A DNA stretch of 64,000 nucleotides from Elusimicrobiota bacterium (GCA_041694815.1 JBGFSC010000033.1:90609-154608), one strand, 5' to 3'. Positions 17,479 to 28,195 are shown, counted from the first letter of the stretch. The notes: generated by a model from the letters alone, not told the origin. A program made the numbers and translations.

Positions 17479-18642
17479 ATGAAACGCCGAGTCTACCTCG
17501 ACCACAACGCGACCACGCCCATACGTCCCGAGGTGCTGGAGGCGATGTTGCCCTACCTGCGGGAGCGCTACGGCAATCCCAACAGCCCCTATTGGCTGGG
17601 CCAGGAGAGCCGGGCGGCGGTGGAGAAGGCCCGGGCCCAGGTCGCGCGGCTCGTCAACGCCAAGCCCTCGGAGATCGTATTCACCTCCTGCGGCTCGGAA
17701 TCGGACGTGCTGGCCATCGCCGGCGCGGCCCAAAGCGCCTTCGAGCGCAGCAGGGGCGCCAAGAGGCATATCATCGCCTCCAGTATCGAACACGACGCCG
17801 TGCGCGGCATCCTCGAGACCCTCCGCCGCAGGGGCTTTTCGATCTCCATCTTGCCGGTAGACGAGCATGGGCGCGTGGACCCGCAGAGCCTCCGGAAAGC
17901 GATTCAAGACGACACCGCCCTGGTCTCGGTGATGCACGCCAACAACGAGGTCGGCACGGTGCAGCCGATCCGCGAGCTGGCCGCGGTCTGCCGTCAGGAA
18001 GGGGTGCCGTTCCACACCGACGCGGTGCAGTCCGCCGGCAAGATACCCATCGATTTTCGCGATATCGGGGCGGATTTCTTGGCGATCTCGGGCCATAAGA
18101 TCAACGCCCCGAAGGGGGTCGGGGCCTTGGTCGTGCGGGAGGGCGCCGCACTTTCTCCGGTGATCACCGGCCATCAGGAAAAAAACCGGCGCGGCGGTAC
18201 GGAGAACGTGGCCTCGATCGTCGCGCTGGGCAAGGCCTGCGAGCTCGCGCAGTCCGAGCTCGCCGCCCACGCGAAGCAGCTTTCCGTCCTGAGAAAGCGA
18301 TTGGAGGAGGGCTGCCTCAAGATACCGCGCTCGAGGCTCAACGGGCATCCGACCGAGCGCCTGCCGGGCACCTGCCATGTCTCCTTCGAGGGCGTCGACG
18401 GATTCCAGCTCGTCGTGGCCTTGGATCTGGAGGGCGTTTGCGCCTCCAGCGGTCCGGCCTGCTCCAGCGGCGTGTCGGAGCCGTCCCATGTGCTCGAGGC
18501 GATGGGGGTGGAGCGCCGCTGGTCGACCGGAAGCCTGCGCCTGTCGCTGGGTTGGGGATCCACCGCGGAGGATGTCGAGTGCCTGCTCGAGGTTCTGCAA
18601 GGTGCGGTGGATCGACTGCGGAAAGTAGGAGTGTCCATATGA
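17479..18642 (+). CDS. iscS: Cysteine desulfurase, IscS/NifS family
   Basis: YLDHNATTP, MHANNEVGTVQP, HTDAVQ, SGHKI (PLP Lys), SSGPACSS. Confidence 0.93.
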   Translation: MKRRVYLDHNATTPIRPEVLEAMLPYLRERYGNPNSPYWLGQESRAAVEKARAQVARLVNAKPSEIVFTSCGSESDVLAIAGAAQSAFERSRGAKRHIIASSIEHDAVRGILETLRRRGFSISILPVDEHGRVDPQSLRKAIQDDTALVSVMHANNEVGTVQPIRELAAVCRQEGVPFHTDAVQSAGKIPIDFRDIGADFLAISGHKINAPKGVGALVVREGAALSPVITGHQEKNRRGGTENVASIVALGKACELAQSELAAHAKQLSVLRKRLEEGCLKIPRSRLNGHPTERLPGTCHVSFEGVDGFQLVVALDLEGVCASSGPACSSGVSEPSHVLEAMGVERRWSTGSLRLSLGWGSTAEDVECLLEVLQGAVDRLRKVGVSI

Positions 18643-19706
18643 TACGGATCGTGGTCGCCATGAGTGGAGGGGTCGATAGCTCGGTGGCGGCCGCTCTGGT
18701 GGCCCGCGCCGGTTACGAGACGATTGGCGTCACACTGCGCCTGATGCCGAAGCTTGAGACCGGGTTCGGCTGCTGCGGCTCCCCGAAGGACATCGACGAC
18801 GCCAAGCGGGTTTGCGAGACGCTCGGGGTCCCGCATTATACGCTCGATTTGGCCGAGCTGTTTGAATCCAAGGTGATACGCCCGTTCGTAGACGAGTACC
18901 TGCGGCAAAGGACCCCGAATCCCTGCGTGGAGTGCAACCGGAGCGTCAAGTTCGGCTATCTGCTCGCTCTGGCGCGGGCGTGGGGGGCCGACGCCGTCGC
19001 CACCGGGCATTACGCTCGGCTTAAGAAGGGCCGCCTATACCGCGCGGCGGACGAGGAAAAGGACCAGAGCTATTTCCTCTACAGCCTGACTCCCGCGGAA
19101 TTGTCGAAGCTGCTGCTGCCGCTCGGGAAGCTTTCCAAGGCCGAGGTGCGGCGGATCGCCCATCGCCTGGGCCTGGCGACGGCCGACAAGGAGGAAAGTC
19201 AGGAGATCTGCTTCGTCCCGCGGCGCGACTACCGGGCCTTCCTGCGTTCGCGCGCCTCTAACGCCGCGGCTTACGAGCCCGGCGAGGTGCGCGACGGCTC
19301 CGGGGCTCCCTTGGGCCGGCACGAGGGTTTGGCCAATTACACCATCGGCCAGCGCCGCGGGTTGCGCCTGGGCTCCTTCCCCCAGCCGATGTACGTGACG
19401 GGGATGGACTCGGGCTCGAACGTGTTGACCGTCGGCCCGAGGGAGCAGACCTTCCGAGGCGGGCTGGAGGCTTGCGGCGTGTCGTGGACGGTTTCCGATC
19501 CTCCGGTGGCCGCGTTCCGGGCGCGGGTGCGCATCCGCCACCGCCATGCCCCGGCCCAGGCCCGCATTACGCCGCTCGCCGACGCGCGGGCGCGCGTGGA
19601 TTTCGACGAGCCCCAACGTTCGATCACCCCGGGGCAGGCCGCCGTGTTCTACGCCGACGATGGCGAGCTGCTAGGCGGAGGCACGATCGACAAGGTGATT
19701 GGGTGA
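18639..19706 (+). CDS. mnmA: tRNA 2-thiouridine(34) synthase
   Basis: AMSGGVDSS, TPNPCVECN, ATGHY, KDQSYFL, ESQEICF, YTIGQRRG, TPGQAAVFY; ATGA overlap with iscS. Confidence 0.95.
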   Translation: MIRIVVAMSGGVDSSVAAALVARAGYETIGVTLRLMPKLETGFGCCGSPKDIDDAKRVCETLGVPHYTLDLAELFESKVIRPFVDEYLRQRTPNPCVECNRSVKFGYLLALARAWGADAVATGHYARLKKGRLYRAADEEKDQSYFLYSLTPAELSKLLLPLGKLSKAEVRRIAHRLGLATADKEESQEICFVPRRDYRAFLRSRASNAAAYEPGEVRDGSGAPLGRHEGLANYTIGQRRGLRLGSFPQPMYVTGMDSGSNVLTVGPREQTFRGGLEACGVSWTVSDPPVAAFRARVRIRHRHAPAQARITPLADARARVDFDEPQRSITPGQAAVFYADDGELLGGGTIDKVIG

Positions 19707-20767
19707 AAAAAAAGCTCAGGGTGCTGGTGCTCTGCGGAGGCAAGTCCGCGGAGCGGCACGTTTCTTTATCATCGGCCAAAACCATCTTATCGCATCTCGA
19801 CCGCCGCAAATTCGACCCTGAGTTGGTCTTCATCGACCCCGGCGGTCGCTGGCTCAAGGCCGACGCCAAGCGTTTAAGCTTCAAGGTCGAAGACGGAAAG
19901 AAACAGATCACCTCGCGCGGGGCGCAGACGCCTGGGCGGCTCTGGGCCCAGGACCGCCTTCCCGATGTCGTGTTTCCGGCTCTTCATGGCCCCATGGGCG
20001 AGGACGGGACGGTGCAGGGGCTATTCGAGACCGCCGGCATCCCCTATGTCGGCTGCGGCGTGCTGGGATCGGCCGTCGGCATGGACAAGGAGATCACCAA
20101 GCGCCTGGCCCTGGAGGCGGGCCTGCCCGTGCTGCCCTACGTGGCGGCGCGCCGCCTGCAAGAGGCCGAGAAAGCGCTCGCCTTCGGCTTTCCGCTCTTC
20201 GTCAAGCCGGCGCGGTTGGGGTCCTCCGTCGGGGTCTCCAAGGTGAAGAAGGCCGAGGAGCTTGAGGCGGCGCTTAAACGCGCCCTGGAGTTCGACGACA
20301 AGGCGATCATTGAGAAGGGAATCGAGGCCCGCGAGATCGAATGCGCCGTGCTGGGAGACCCCTGGGCCGAGCCCTCCGATCCCTTGAGCCTAAAGGCCTC
20401 GGTCTGCGGGGAGATCGTTCCCCACGCCGAGTTCTATACCTACGAGGCGAAGTACATTGACGAGAACGGCGCCGAGCTCCTGATCCCCGCGCCGATCGGC
20501 GCCGAGACCGCGGCCAAGATACAGGACCTTTCGATGCGCGCCTTCCGAGCCCTCGATGGCTATTCCATGGGTCGCGTGGATTTCCTGCTCGACAAAGGGA
20601 CGGGTGCCGTTTATTTCCTCGAGGTCAACACCATTCCCGGCTTCACCCCCGCCAGCATGTACCCCCTGCTGTGGAAAAAATCGGGTCTCGGCACCCCCGA
20701 GCTGCTCACGCGCCTGGTGGAGCTCGCCCTGAGGCGCTCTAAGGCCAGAAGCCTGCTGAAAAATTAA
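19703..20767 (+). CDS. ddl: D-alanine--D-alanine ligase
   Basis: GGKSAER.VS, LHGPMGEDG, GMDK, FVKPA..GSSVG, FYTYEAKY, EVNTIPGFT..SMYP; GTGA overlap with mnmA. Confidence 0.95.
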   Translation: MKKKLRVLVLCGGKSAERHVSLSSAKTILSHLDRRKFDPELVFIDPGGRWLKADAKRLSFKVEDGKKQITSRGAQTPGRLWAQDRLPDVVFPALHGPMGEDGTVQGLFETAGIPYVGCGVLGSAVGMDKEITKRLALEAGLPVLPYVAARRLQEAEKALAFGFPLFVKPARLGSSVGVSKVKKAEELEAALKRALEFDDKAIIEKGIEAREIECAVLGDPWAEPSDPLSLKASVCGEIVPHAEFYTYEAKYIDENGAELLIPAPIGAETAAKIQDLSMRAFRALDGYSMGRVDFLLDKGTGAVYFLEVNTIPGFTPASMYPLLWKKSGLGTPELLTRLVELALRRSKARSLLKN

Positions 20768-20786
20768 TGGTGCTTGACTGGCTTCG

Positions 20787-22733
20787 GTGAAATTTACGCG
20801 ACACGCGGCGGCACTGGCCGGCTACGTGGCGTTGACCTTAGTATTCACGTTCCCGCTCGTCCTCCATTTCTCGGACCGGGTTATCTTCGGCCCGTCGGGC
20901 GACTACTCCTGGTGGATCTGGGATCTCTGGTATTTCCGCTACGCCGTCGACGTGGCCCGCGTCGATCCGTTATGGTGCGACCTGATTTATTGGCCCTACG
21001 GCGTGAACATGATCCTCCAGCACGGCTGGTTTTACAAACTGGCTGGCTACTTCCTGCAACGTTTCTTCGGCCTTATCGCCGTATACAACATGCTCCTGCT
21101 TACGCCCTACGTCCTATGCGGTTATGCGGTGTTCTTGGGAGCCTCGCTCTTGGGGGCAAGCTGGGCTTCGGCCTTCGTCGCGGGGACCATCTTCGCGTTC
21201 TCCCCGGGCGCGTATTCCCAGCTTTGGGACGGGGCCGGCTTTGATCTCTTAAGCCGGCATACGATCGCGTTCTTCGTGATCGCCCTGATGTTGGCCGTGC
21301 GCCAGAGGCAGCTGCGCTACTGCCTTTTGGCGGCGCTGATGCTAACGTGGGCATGGGGCGGGGATTATTATTACTTCCTCGTCAGCACGCTGTTTATCCC
21401 CGTATTCTTTCTGTTGGTCGAAAAGCCCATCGGCGTGCGGGTATCGAAGCGATTCGCGCCGCCTGGCATGGCGGCGAGGGTATTGGATGCGGCGCTCGCG
21501 GCGAATCTCTGTTGGATATTCTGGCGGCTCCGCCAAGGGCAGATTGAATTTCACGGCCGCGGCTCCGCCGCGACGCTCGTGGCCTACGTGTTCCCTTACA
21601 TCCTTTTCTGGGGGCTCTTGGCGCTTCGGCTCTTCTTATCCTATTCGCTGTCGACGACCCTCGATCGGAAAGCCTTCAGCTGGGAGCGCGTCGCCCCCTA
21701 CGTGGGCACGATCGCCTGCTACGCCGTACTCAACCTGCCGCTCATCCTCGCGGTTCTGGAGCTGATGAAGGACGGCAATACCCCTTCTCCCCCCAGGGCT
21801 TGGCGCGGGGGCGGCAACCCCACCGAATTGCTATGGTTGCTCCATCCCGGCATCCACCATCCCTTATGGGGTCACTGGAGCGACGTGATGGGTGGGGAAT
21901 CCCGCCACGTTCCCTCTGGTTACCTTCCCATGATCGCCGCGATCTGGCTCTGGATCCGCCGTCCCACCGACCGATGGGTGAAACTATGGTTCGGTTGCCT
22001 CGCCTTCGCCCTTCTTCTCACGATGGGGCCGTGGCTTAAGATCGGCGGCATCCATACCTACCTCCCGATGCCGTTCTATTTCGTCCACCTGCTGCCGATC
22101 TACAACAACATGCAAAACGGCCATCGCTTTGCTTCCGCACTCGTTACCCTATTCTTGGCGCTGCTCTTCGCCCCTGTCCTAGAGCAATTTAAGTCCGGCG
22201 CGCCTCGCCGTTGGGCGGCCTGGATCCCATGGCTCGCGTTCCTCTGGCTTGCCGTGGAGTTCGCGCACGACCGCCTTCGCCTGATCGCCGTTGAAACCCC
22301 CGCGATTTTCGAGCGGCTAGGACAAAGGCCGACAGCCGCGATGCTCACGGTGCCGACGGGAGCCCTCTTCGACGGCATCACCAGCTCGAGCTTCGGTCAC
22401 GTCCCCATCAAACCGCATTACCAGATCGCCCACCGTAAGCCTATCGTAGGCGGCCTCATGGGTCGTGTGCCAGGCTACGTTCATCGGGCGATGGTCTCCG
22501 ATCCGCTCCTCTCCGCCATGGTATCGGCACAATCCGGGGCTCCGGTCCCCGACCGCCTTCGGGACCGGAGCTTCCTCCGCCGCCACCTGGCCGCGATGAA
22601 GATCGGCTACGTGATGGTCTTCGAGGACAAGATCCCAGAGGGATTCCGACGGGTTTTAAAGGACTGGCCCCTGCGCAAGATAGACGAGGACAAGCAACGG
22701 CGCATCGTCTTATTCCAGGTCGAGCGTCGATAG
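20787..22733 (+). CDS. Polytopic membrane protein, probable GT-C-fold (YfhO-like) glycosyltransferase
   Basis: About 12 hydrophobic segments; TFPL..HF.....G..GD..W..W; YWPYG; AFVAG.IFAFSP; soluble C-terminal domain with YQ..H.KPIVGG. Confidence 0.6.
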   Translation: MKFTRHAAALAGYVALTLVFTFPLVLHFSDRVIFGPSGDYSWWIWDLWYFRYAVDVARVDPLWCDLIYWPYGVNMILQHGWFYKLAGYFLQRFFGLIAVYNMLLLTPYVLCGYAVFLGASLLGASWASAFVAGTIFAFSPGAYSQLWDGAGFDLLSRHTIAFFVIALMLAVRQRQLRYCLLAALMLTWAWGGDYYYFLVSTLFIPVFFLLVEKPIGVRVSKRFAPPGMAARVLDAALAANLCWIFWRLRQGQIEFHGRGSAATLVAYVFPYILFWGLLALRLFLSYSLSTTLDRKAFSWERVAPYVGTIACYAVLNLPLILAVLELMKDGNTPSPPRAWRGGGNPTELLWLLHPGIHHPLWGHWSDVMGGESRHVPSGYLPMIAAIWLWIRRPTDRWVKLWFGCLAFALLLTMGPWLKIGGIHTYLPMPFYFVHLLPIYNNMQNGHRFASALVTLFLALLFAPVLEQFKSGAPRRWAAWIPWLAFLWLAVEFAHDRLRLIAVETPAIFERLGQRPTAAMLTVPTGALFDGITSSSFGHVPIKPHYQIAHRKPIVGGLMGRVPGYVHRAMVSDPLLSAMVSAQSGAPVPDRLRDRSFLRRHLAAMKIGYVMVFEDKIPEGFRRVLKDWPLRKIDEDKQRRIVLFQVERR

Positions 22734-22749
22734 TCTCCCAGGCTGAGCC

Positions 22750-24555
22750 TTACTTGCGGAGCTCGTAGAGCGTTACGGCTTCGTTGCGGTAGACCGGCTT
22801 AAGGCGACCGCGGTTGCGCCGTTCGAAGTCCGTGGAGGCGTAGGTTCTTTCGAAATCGCCGAACCACACGTAGTCGACGGAGGGCGGCGGCGGCCTGTTT
22901 CGCATCGCTTTCTCGATGAAGGAGCGCACGCTCCGGAGCGGCAGGAAATAGTAAAAATAGATCATCCGCACGTACTCGCGTTCGGCTTCTCCCCGACGGT
23001 AGTCGTTGCGGCCGATGGAAAAGTATTCCTTGCTAAAGCAATCCTTAAGAAATCGGGCCTTGTCCGTTCGGAAGAAGTCCAGTGCGTAGACCAACCGCTC
23101 GGCGATGCGGGGCGTGGGTAGATCCGAAGTCGTGGGCAAGGCGGCGGGAAGCACCACCCTCTGCCCCGTAAACACCGGGATCAATAGATTGACCTCTGGA
23201 TTGAGCGAGAGCACGACGCTGTCAACGGGAGCATGCCGATCCAGGAAACGGAGCGCTTCGTCGTAGTGCCGGGGAAGCCCCTGCATGGGGTAATGGATCG
23301 CCGCGTACGAAAGGGTCTGACCGAAGGCGATAAGCAAGACGGCGCAGGAGGCCGCCAGCCAGGCGCCGGCGCGGCGTTTCCAAGATTCCGGCACGAAGGA
23401 TGCCAAGAGGAAAAACGCGAAGAGATTCGCTTGATACGACCAGCAATAGTCACCGAGGTATATGCCGGTGAGCAGCTGGAGGTTGAGCAAGAGGAAGGTG
23501 CCTCCCAGCAGCGAGGCCACGTAGAGGCCGGCAGGCTCCCGAAGGCGCCAGACGCCGACCGCAAAAAGCAGCAAATAGGGCAGCGAGCGTGGGTTGAAAA
23601 ATCGATCGAAGACCAAGCCCATGCGCAGCGCCAGTTCCGGGTCGAGCGAGCGGTTGACCCACAAGAATGGAATGCTTAAGAACGCCGAGAGCGCAAGCGC
23701 CGCGGCGACCGGCCTCCAGGGGCGCCCTCGGGCAGCCAAGACGGCGGCAAAAACCCCTCCGGCCGCCATGGCCGTTCCCCACGAATCGAGCCGGCAATAG
23801 GCCGAGATTCCTCCGGCAAGCCCGGCGAGGAGGGGCCAACGCCAGCCGGGGCGTTCCGAGCTTCGGATCGTCAAGAGGCTTACGAGAAACAGTATCGCAT
23901 AGTTGATTCCGGGCCTCGGGAGGCGCGCGACGCTTTCGGTACGCCCATAGGATAACAGCGTCCAGAGATTGTGCCCGATCAGTCGCCAGGGGTTCGGGTC
24001 GAATTTTAGATTGGATAGAAACAACAACGTCGTCAGGTAGCTCATGCAAACGGCGAAGACGGCGCAAAAAAAGGCGATCGGCGCCGAACGAGTGGTCGAT
24101 TCCACGATAGCAAAGACAAGGTAAAACCAGGCCGCGCAGCAGGCTAGGCGCAGGAGCACCCAGGCCCAAGAGGCGTCGCGGGTCAGGTGAAAGAATAGCG
24201 CCATGCCTTTGTACATCACCAGTTGCGAGACGGCCGGGCGCAGGCTGCGGTTCTCCAAGATATAAGGATCGTATTGGACTCCGGGCTTGGCCGCTCCCCT
24301 GAGAAGCGCCGCGTAGGTCAACTCATCGTGTTGCAGTTCCGTTCCGAATAGGCCTAATACCGTAAAGCGCCCGTCATTCGGCCATCGGGCGACCAGTTCC
24401 GGGAAATGCCTTTGCCAGGCGGCGCGGCAGGCCGCCGAGAGGAAATAACCGGAGCACATGGCCATGGAGACGGCCAGCGCCCCGAAGGCCAGCGCGAAGC
24501 GGCGCCGCGGTCCGGTGAAAAGGAATCCGCCCGACGGGTCCTCGCGCTGGGCCAC
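22750..24555 (-). CDS. Polytopic membrane protein, possible GT-C-fold glycan transferase/flippase accessory
   Basis: N-terminal loop with DE..Y motif, many TM segments, C-terminal A..FL....P.DSVVLS domain ending VYRNEAVTLYEL. Confidence 0.55.
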   Translation of the reverse strand: MAQREDPSGGFLFTGPRRRFALAFGALAVSMAMCSGYFLSAACRAAWQRHFPELVARWPNDGRFTVLGLFGTELQHDELTYAALLRGAAKPGVQYDPYILENRSLRPAVSQLVMYKGMALFFHLTRDASWAWVLLRLACCAAWFYLVFAIVESTTRSAPIAFFCAVFAVCMSYLTTLLFLSNLKFDPNPWRLIGHNLWTLLSYGRTESVARLPRPGINYAILFLVSLLTIRSSERPGWRWPLLAGLAGGISAYCRLDSWGTAMAAGGVFAAVLAARGRPWRPVAAALALSAFLSIPFLWVNRSLDPELALRMGLVFDRFFNPRSLPYLLLFAVGVWRLREPAGLYVASLLGGTFLLLNLQLLTGIYLGDYCWSYQANLFAFFLLASFVPESWKRRAGAWLAASCAVLLIAFGQTLSYAAIHYPMQGLPRHYDEALRFLDRHAPVDSVVLSLNPEVNLLIPVFTGQRVVLPAALPTTSDLPTPRIAERLVYALDFFRTDKARFLKDCFSKEYFSIGRNDYRRGEAEREYVRMIYFYYFLPLRSVRSFIEKAMRNRPPPPSVDYVWFGDFERTYASTDFERRNRGRLKPVYRNEAVTLYELRK

Positions 24556-24654
24556 GCCCTATACTGAATCATTTTGAGTTGGGTCGCGACAAGACGGCCC
24601 GCGCGGCGGCCTCGGGACGTAGCTGATGGGGCTGATATTTAATAAGATTTTCAT

Positions 24655-25659
24655 ATGGCCGACGCGGTTGTCACCGGGGGTGCCGGCTTCATCGGCAGCC
24701 ACCTGGTTGAACGCCTGCTTGTAGACGGGCACCGGGTGCGTGTCATTGACGACCTTTCGACCGGCCGCATCGAGAACCTTTCCTCCTGCCAAGGCCATCC
24801 CGCTTTTTCTCTGCATCGCGCCGACATTTCCCAGGGCAAGGGGCTCGCGGGGCTTTTTGCGGAGGCCGACTGGGTGTTCCATCTGGCCGGGCTAGCCGAC
24901 ATCGTCCCTTCGATCGCGCGCCCTCTCGACTACCATCGGGTCAACGTCGACGGCACCGTGGAGGTGCTCGAGGCCGCGCGCGCCGCGGGCGCCAAACGCT
25001 TCCTATACGCCGCGTCTTCGTCCTGCTACGGCATCCCCGACTCCTACCCGACGCCGGAGACGGCTCCGGCCAGGCCCATGTACCCATACGCGCTGACGAA
25101 GTATATCGCGGAGCAGTACGTGCTGCATTGGGGAAAAGTCTACGGGCTTTCCTGCGTCTCCTTGCGCCTGTTTAACGTATACGGTCCTCGCGTTCGGACT
25201 CGCGGGACCTATGGCGCGGTCTTCGGCGTTTTCCTTGCCCAAAAATTAAACCGGAGGCCTTTGACCGTCGTTGGCGACGGTCAACAGACCCGGGACTTCA
25301 CCTATGTCACGGACGTGGCCGAGGCGTTCCTCCGGGCGGCCCGCTCGGATATCTCCGGCGAGGCGCTCAACGTCGGCTCGGGCGCAAGCCATAGCATCCT
25401 GGAGCTCGCGGGGCTCTTGGGAGGCGAAATCCGCCATTTGCCGCGACGTCCCGGGGAACCGGAGCGCACCTTCGCCGACACTTCGAAGATCCGGCGCCTG
25501 CTCGACTGGCGGCCTCTGGTGAGCTTCCAAGAGGGCGTCGGGCGGATGCTCGAGCGCATCGAGGAATGGCGCGACGCCCCCGTTTGGGACGAGGCGTCGA
25601 TTGAGAAAGCAACCCAGGAGTGGTTCGCCTGCCTCGGGGGGGACGATGGGCAGCGCTAA
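24655..25659 (+). CDS. NAD-dependent nucleotide-sugar epimerase/dehydratase (extended SDR)
   Basis: VTGGAGFIGSH, YAASSS.YG, YALTK, LFNVYGPR, RDFTYV.DV. Confidence 0.9.
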   Translation: MADAVVTGGAGFIGSHLVERLLVDGHRVRVIDDLSTGRIENLSSCQGHPAFSLHRADISQGKGLAGLFAEADWVFHLAGLADIVPSIARPLDYHRVNVDGTVEVLEAARAAGAKRFLYAASSSCYGIPDSYPTPETAPARPMYPYALTKYIAEQYVLHWGKVYGLSCVSLRLFNVYGPRVRTRGTYGAVFGVFLAQKLNRRPLTVVGDGQQTRDFTYVTDVAEAFLRAARSDISGEALNVGSGASHSILELAGLLGGEIRHLPRRPGEPERTFADTSKIRRLLDWRPLVSFQEGVGRMLERIEEWRDAPVWDEASIEKATQEWFACLGGDDGQR

Positions 25660-27178
25660 TCTCAACGGCAAAATCAAGGATTTGCGCGAACTCGCGGGTC
25701 TGCTGCGCCGGGACCGTTCGCGCAGGCGCATCGTCCATTGCCACGGAGTTTTCGACTTGCTACACATCGGGCATATCCGCCATTTCGAGGAGGCCAGGCG
25801 CCTGGGGGACCTGCTGGTCGTGACGCTGACGCGGGACGCGCATGTCAACAAGGGGCCGGGCCGGCCCGTATTCCCTCAAGAGCTGCGCGCGGAGGCGGTC
25901 GCGGCCCTTCGCTGCGTCGACTATGTCGCGCTCAACGAGTGGCCGAACGCGGTCCCGACGATCCGCCTCCTGCGCCCGCATTTTTACGTGAAGGGCCCCG
26001 ACTATGCCGAGGCGCGGCGCGACGTGACGGGTGGTATCGACCTCGAGCGCCGGGCTGTCGAGGCGCTCGGCGGCCGCTTCGTCGTGACCGACGGCATTAC
26101 CTACAGCTCCTCCCACCTCCTCAATCAATATTTCCCGTCCCTGCCCAAGGAGACCATCGAATACCTCCGCGATTTCTCCCGGAGGCATCCCGCCGAGCGC
26201 GTGCTCGGCGTCCTTAAGGGGGCGGCCTCCCTTAAGGTGCTGCTGGTGGGCGAGTCGATCGTCGACGAGTATCGGTATTGCCAGGCGATCGGGAAATCGT
26301 CGAAGGAGCCAATGCTCGCCACCTTGCACGTCTCGACCGAGCGTTTCGCCGGGGGCATCCTCGCGGTGGCCAACCACGTCGCCGATTTCTGCGGGAAAAC
26401 ATCCGTGGTGTCGTATCTCGGGGATATCGACTCGCAGGAGCGCTTCCTACGCTCCAGGCTCAAGCCGAACGTGAGGCCCCAATTCTTCTACAAGTCGGGC
26501 TCGCCCACCATCGTCAAGCGGCGCTTCATCGACGAATATTTCTTCACGAAGTTGCTCGCCGTCTATGAGATGAACGACGCGCCCCTCGTGCCCTCGGACA
26601 ACCGACGCTTCTGCGATCTTTTGCGCCGCGGCCTCAAGGAATGCGACTTGGCCGTGGTCGTTGATTTCGGGCACGGGCTCCTTGGTCCCGAGGCCGTCGA
26701 ACTGCTCTGCCGCAAGGCTCCCTTCCTGGCGGTAAATACCCAGTCCAACGCCGGCAACCAGGGCTACCATACGATCTCGCGCTACCCGCGGGCGGACTAC
26801 GTCTGCATGGCGGACAACGAATTCCGCCTGGAGGCCCGCAGCCGGCACGGGGACATGCGCGAGATCGTCCGGGAGGTCTCGCGCAAGCTCCATTGCCCCA
26901 GCGTGGTGGTGACGGGCGGCAAGAATGGCTGCCTTGCCTTCAACCGCCGGGAAGGGTTCTTCCGCGTCCCCGCCGTGGCCGGGAAGGTTGTCGACCGGAT
27001 GGGGGCCGGCGACGCCTTCTTCGCGGTGACGGCGCCCTGCGTCTTCCAGGGTGCGCCCATGGAGGTGACGGGATTTATCGGCAACGTGGTCGGAGCGGAG
27101 GCGGTCGCCACGGTGGGGCACCGCGCCTCGATCGACCGGGTGGCGCTGCTCAAGCATATCGAGACCTTGCTCAAATAA
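25646..27178 (+). CDS. Bifunctional nucleotidyltransferase-PfkB sugar kinase (HldE/RfaE-like, reversed domain order)
   Basis: N-terminal HGVFDLLHIGH, KGPGRP, YVKGPDY; C-terminal VGE.IVDEY, DFGHG, DRMGAGDAFF. Confidence 0.88.
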   Translation: MGSANLNGKIKDLRELAGLLRRDRSRRRIVHCHGVFDLLHIGHIRHFEEARRLGDLLVVTLTRDAHVNKGPGRPVFPQELRAEAVAALRCVDYVALNEWPNAVPTIRLLRPHFYVKGPDYAEARRDVTGGIDLERRAVEALGGRFVVTDGITYSSSHLLNQYFPSLPKETIEYLRDFSRRHPAERVLGVLKGAASLKVLLVGESIVDEYRYCQAIGKSSKEPMLATLHVSTERFAGGILAVANHVADFCGKTSVVSYLGDIDSQERFLRSRLKPNVRPQFFYKSGSPTIVKRRFIDEYFFTKLLAVYEMNDAPLVPSDNRRFCDLLRRGLKECDLAVVVDFGHGLLGPEAVELLCRKAPFLAVNTQSNAGNQGYHTISRYPRADYVCMADNEFRLEARSRHGDMREIVREVSRKLHCPSVVVTGGKNGCLAFNRREGFFRVPAVAGKVVDRMGAGDAFFAVTAPCVFQGAPMEVTGFIGNVVGAEAVATVGHRASIDRVALLKHIETLLK

Positions 27179-27181
27179 CGG

Positions 27182-28195
27182 ATGCCTGACATCGACAGGG
27201 TGCTGGTCATCGGGGGGGCGGGGTATGTGGGAGCCGTGCTCGTGCCCAAGCTGCTGGGACGCGGCTACGCGGTGCGCGTCTTTGACCTCTTCCTCTACGG
27301 GCGCGAGGTGTTCGGCGCCCATCAAGGCGACGCCCGCCTCGAGCTACTTCCGGGGGACGTGCGCGACCGCGCTGCCATCGAGGCGGCCCTCGAGGGCTGC
27401 GGCGCCGTCATCCACTTGGCTTGCATCTCCAACGATCCGAGCTTCGAGCTAGACCCGGCGCTGGGCAAGGCGATCAATTACGATGCCTTCGCGCCCTGCG
27501 TGGACGCTGCCAAGCGCGCGGGCGTGCGCCGCTTCATCTACGCCTCCACCTCGAGCGTCTACGGCGTCAGCGAGCGCCCGGACGTCGACGAGGAGCACCC
27601 GCTCAATCCCCTCACCGATTACAGCCGCTACAAGGCGCTCTGCGAGAAGGTGCTGCTGGAGCGCCAGGCCCCGGGGTTCACCTGCACGGTCATCCGTCCG
27701 GCGACCGTCTGCGGCTATTCCCCGCGCCAGAGGCTGGATTTGACCGTCAATATCCTCACCGAGCACGCCGTCAACCGCGGCCGTATCACGGTGTTCGGCG
27801 GCAAGCAGAAGCGCCCGAACATCCATATCGCGGATATCACCGACCTCTACGTCGATCTGCTCGGGATGGAGGAGGCGCGACTCCGCGGCAAGATATTCAA
27901 CGCCGGCTACCAGAACCGCACGGTTTCCGATATCGCCGAGATCGTGCGCCGCGTGGTCGAACGCGAGATCCCGGGCCGCGGGCCTATCGAGGTGCGCAGC
28001 TCGCCAACGGACGACGAGCGCTCCTACCACATCTCCTCCGAGAAGATCGCCCGGGAGCTGGGGTTTGCGCCCAAGCGCACGATCGAGGACGCCGTGCGCG
28101 AGCTGGCGGCGGCTCTGCGCGACGGTAGGATTCCGGACAGCTCCGATATCCGCTATTACAACATCAAGACGATGCAGGCGGTCGGACTCAAATGA
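27182..28195 (+). CDS. NAD-dependent epimerase/dehydratase (extended SDR)
   Basis: IGGAGYVG, LACISNDP, YASTSSVYG, YSRYK, RPATVCG.SPRQRLDL. Confidence 0.88.
   Translation: MPDIDRVLVIGGAGYVGAVLVPKLLGRGYAVRVFDLFLYGREVFGAHQGDARLELLPGDVRDRAAIEAALEGCGAVIHLACISNDPSFELDPALGKAINYDAFAPCVDAAKRAGVRRFIYASTSSVYGVSERPDVDEEHPLNPLTDYSRYKALCEKVLLERQAPGFTCTVIRPATVCGYSPRQRLDLTVNILTEHAVNRGRITVFGGKQKRPNIHIADITDLYVDLLGMEEARLRGKIFNAGYQNRTVSDIAEIVRRVVEREIPGRGPIEVRSSPTDDERSYHISSEKIARELGFAPKRTIEDAVRELAAALRDGRIPDSSDIRYYNIKTMQAVGLK

Noticed and set aside
17479..20767. iscS-mnmA-ddl as part of the motor system
   Set aside because: Standard housekeeping genes; co-orientation alone is not evidence of a functional link.
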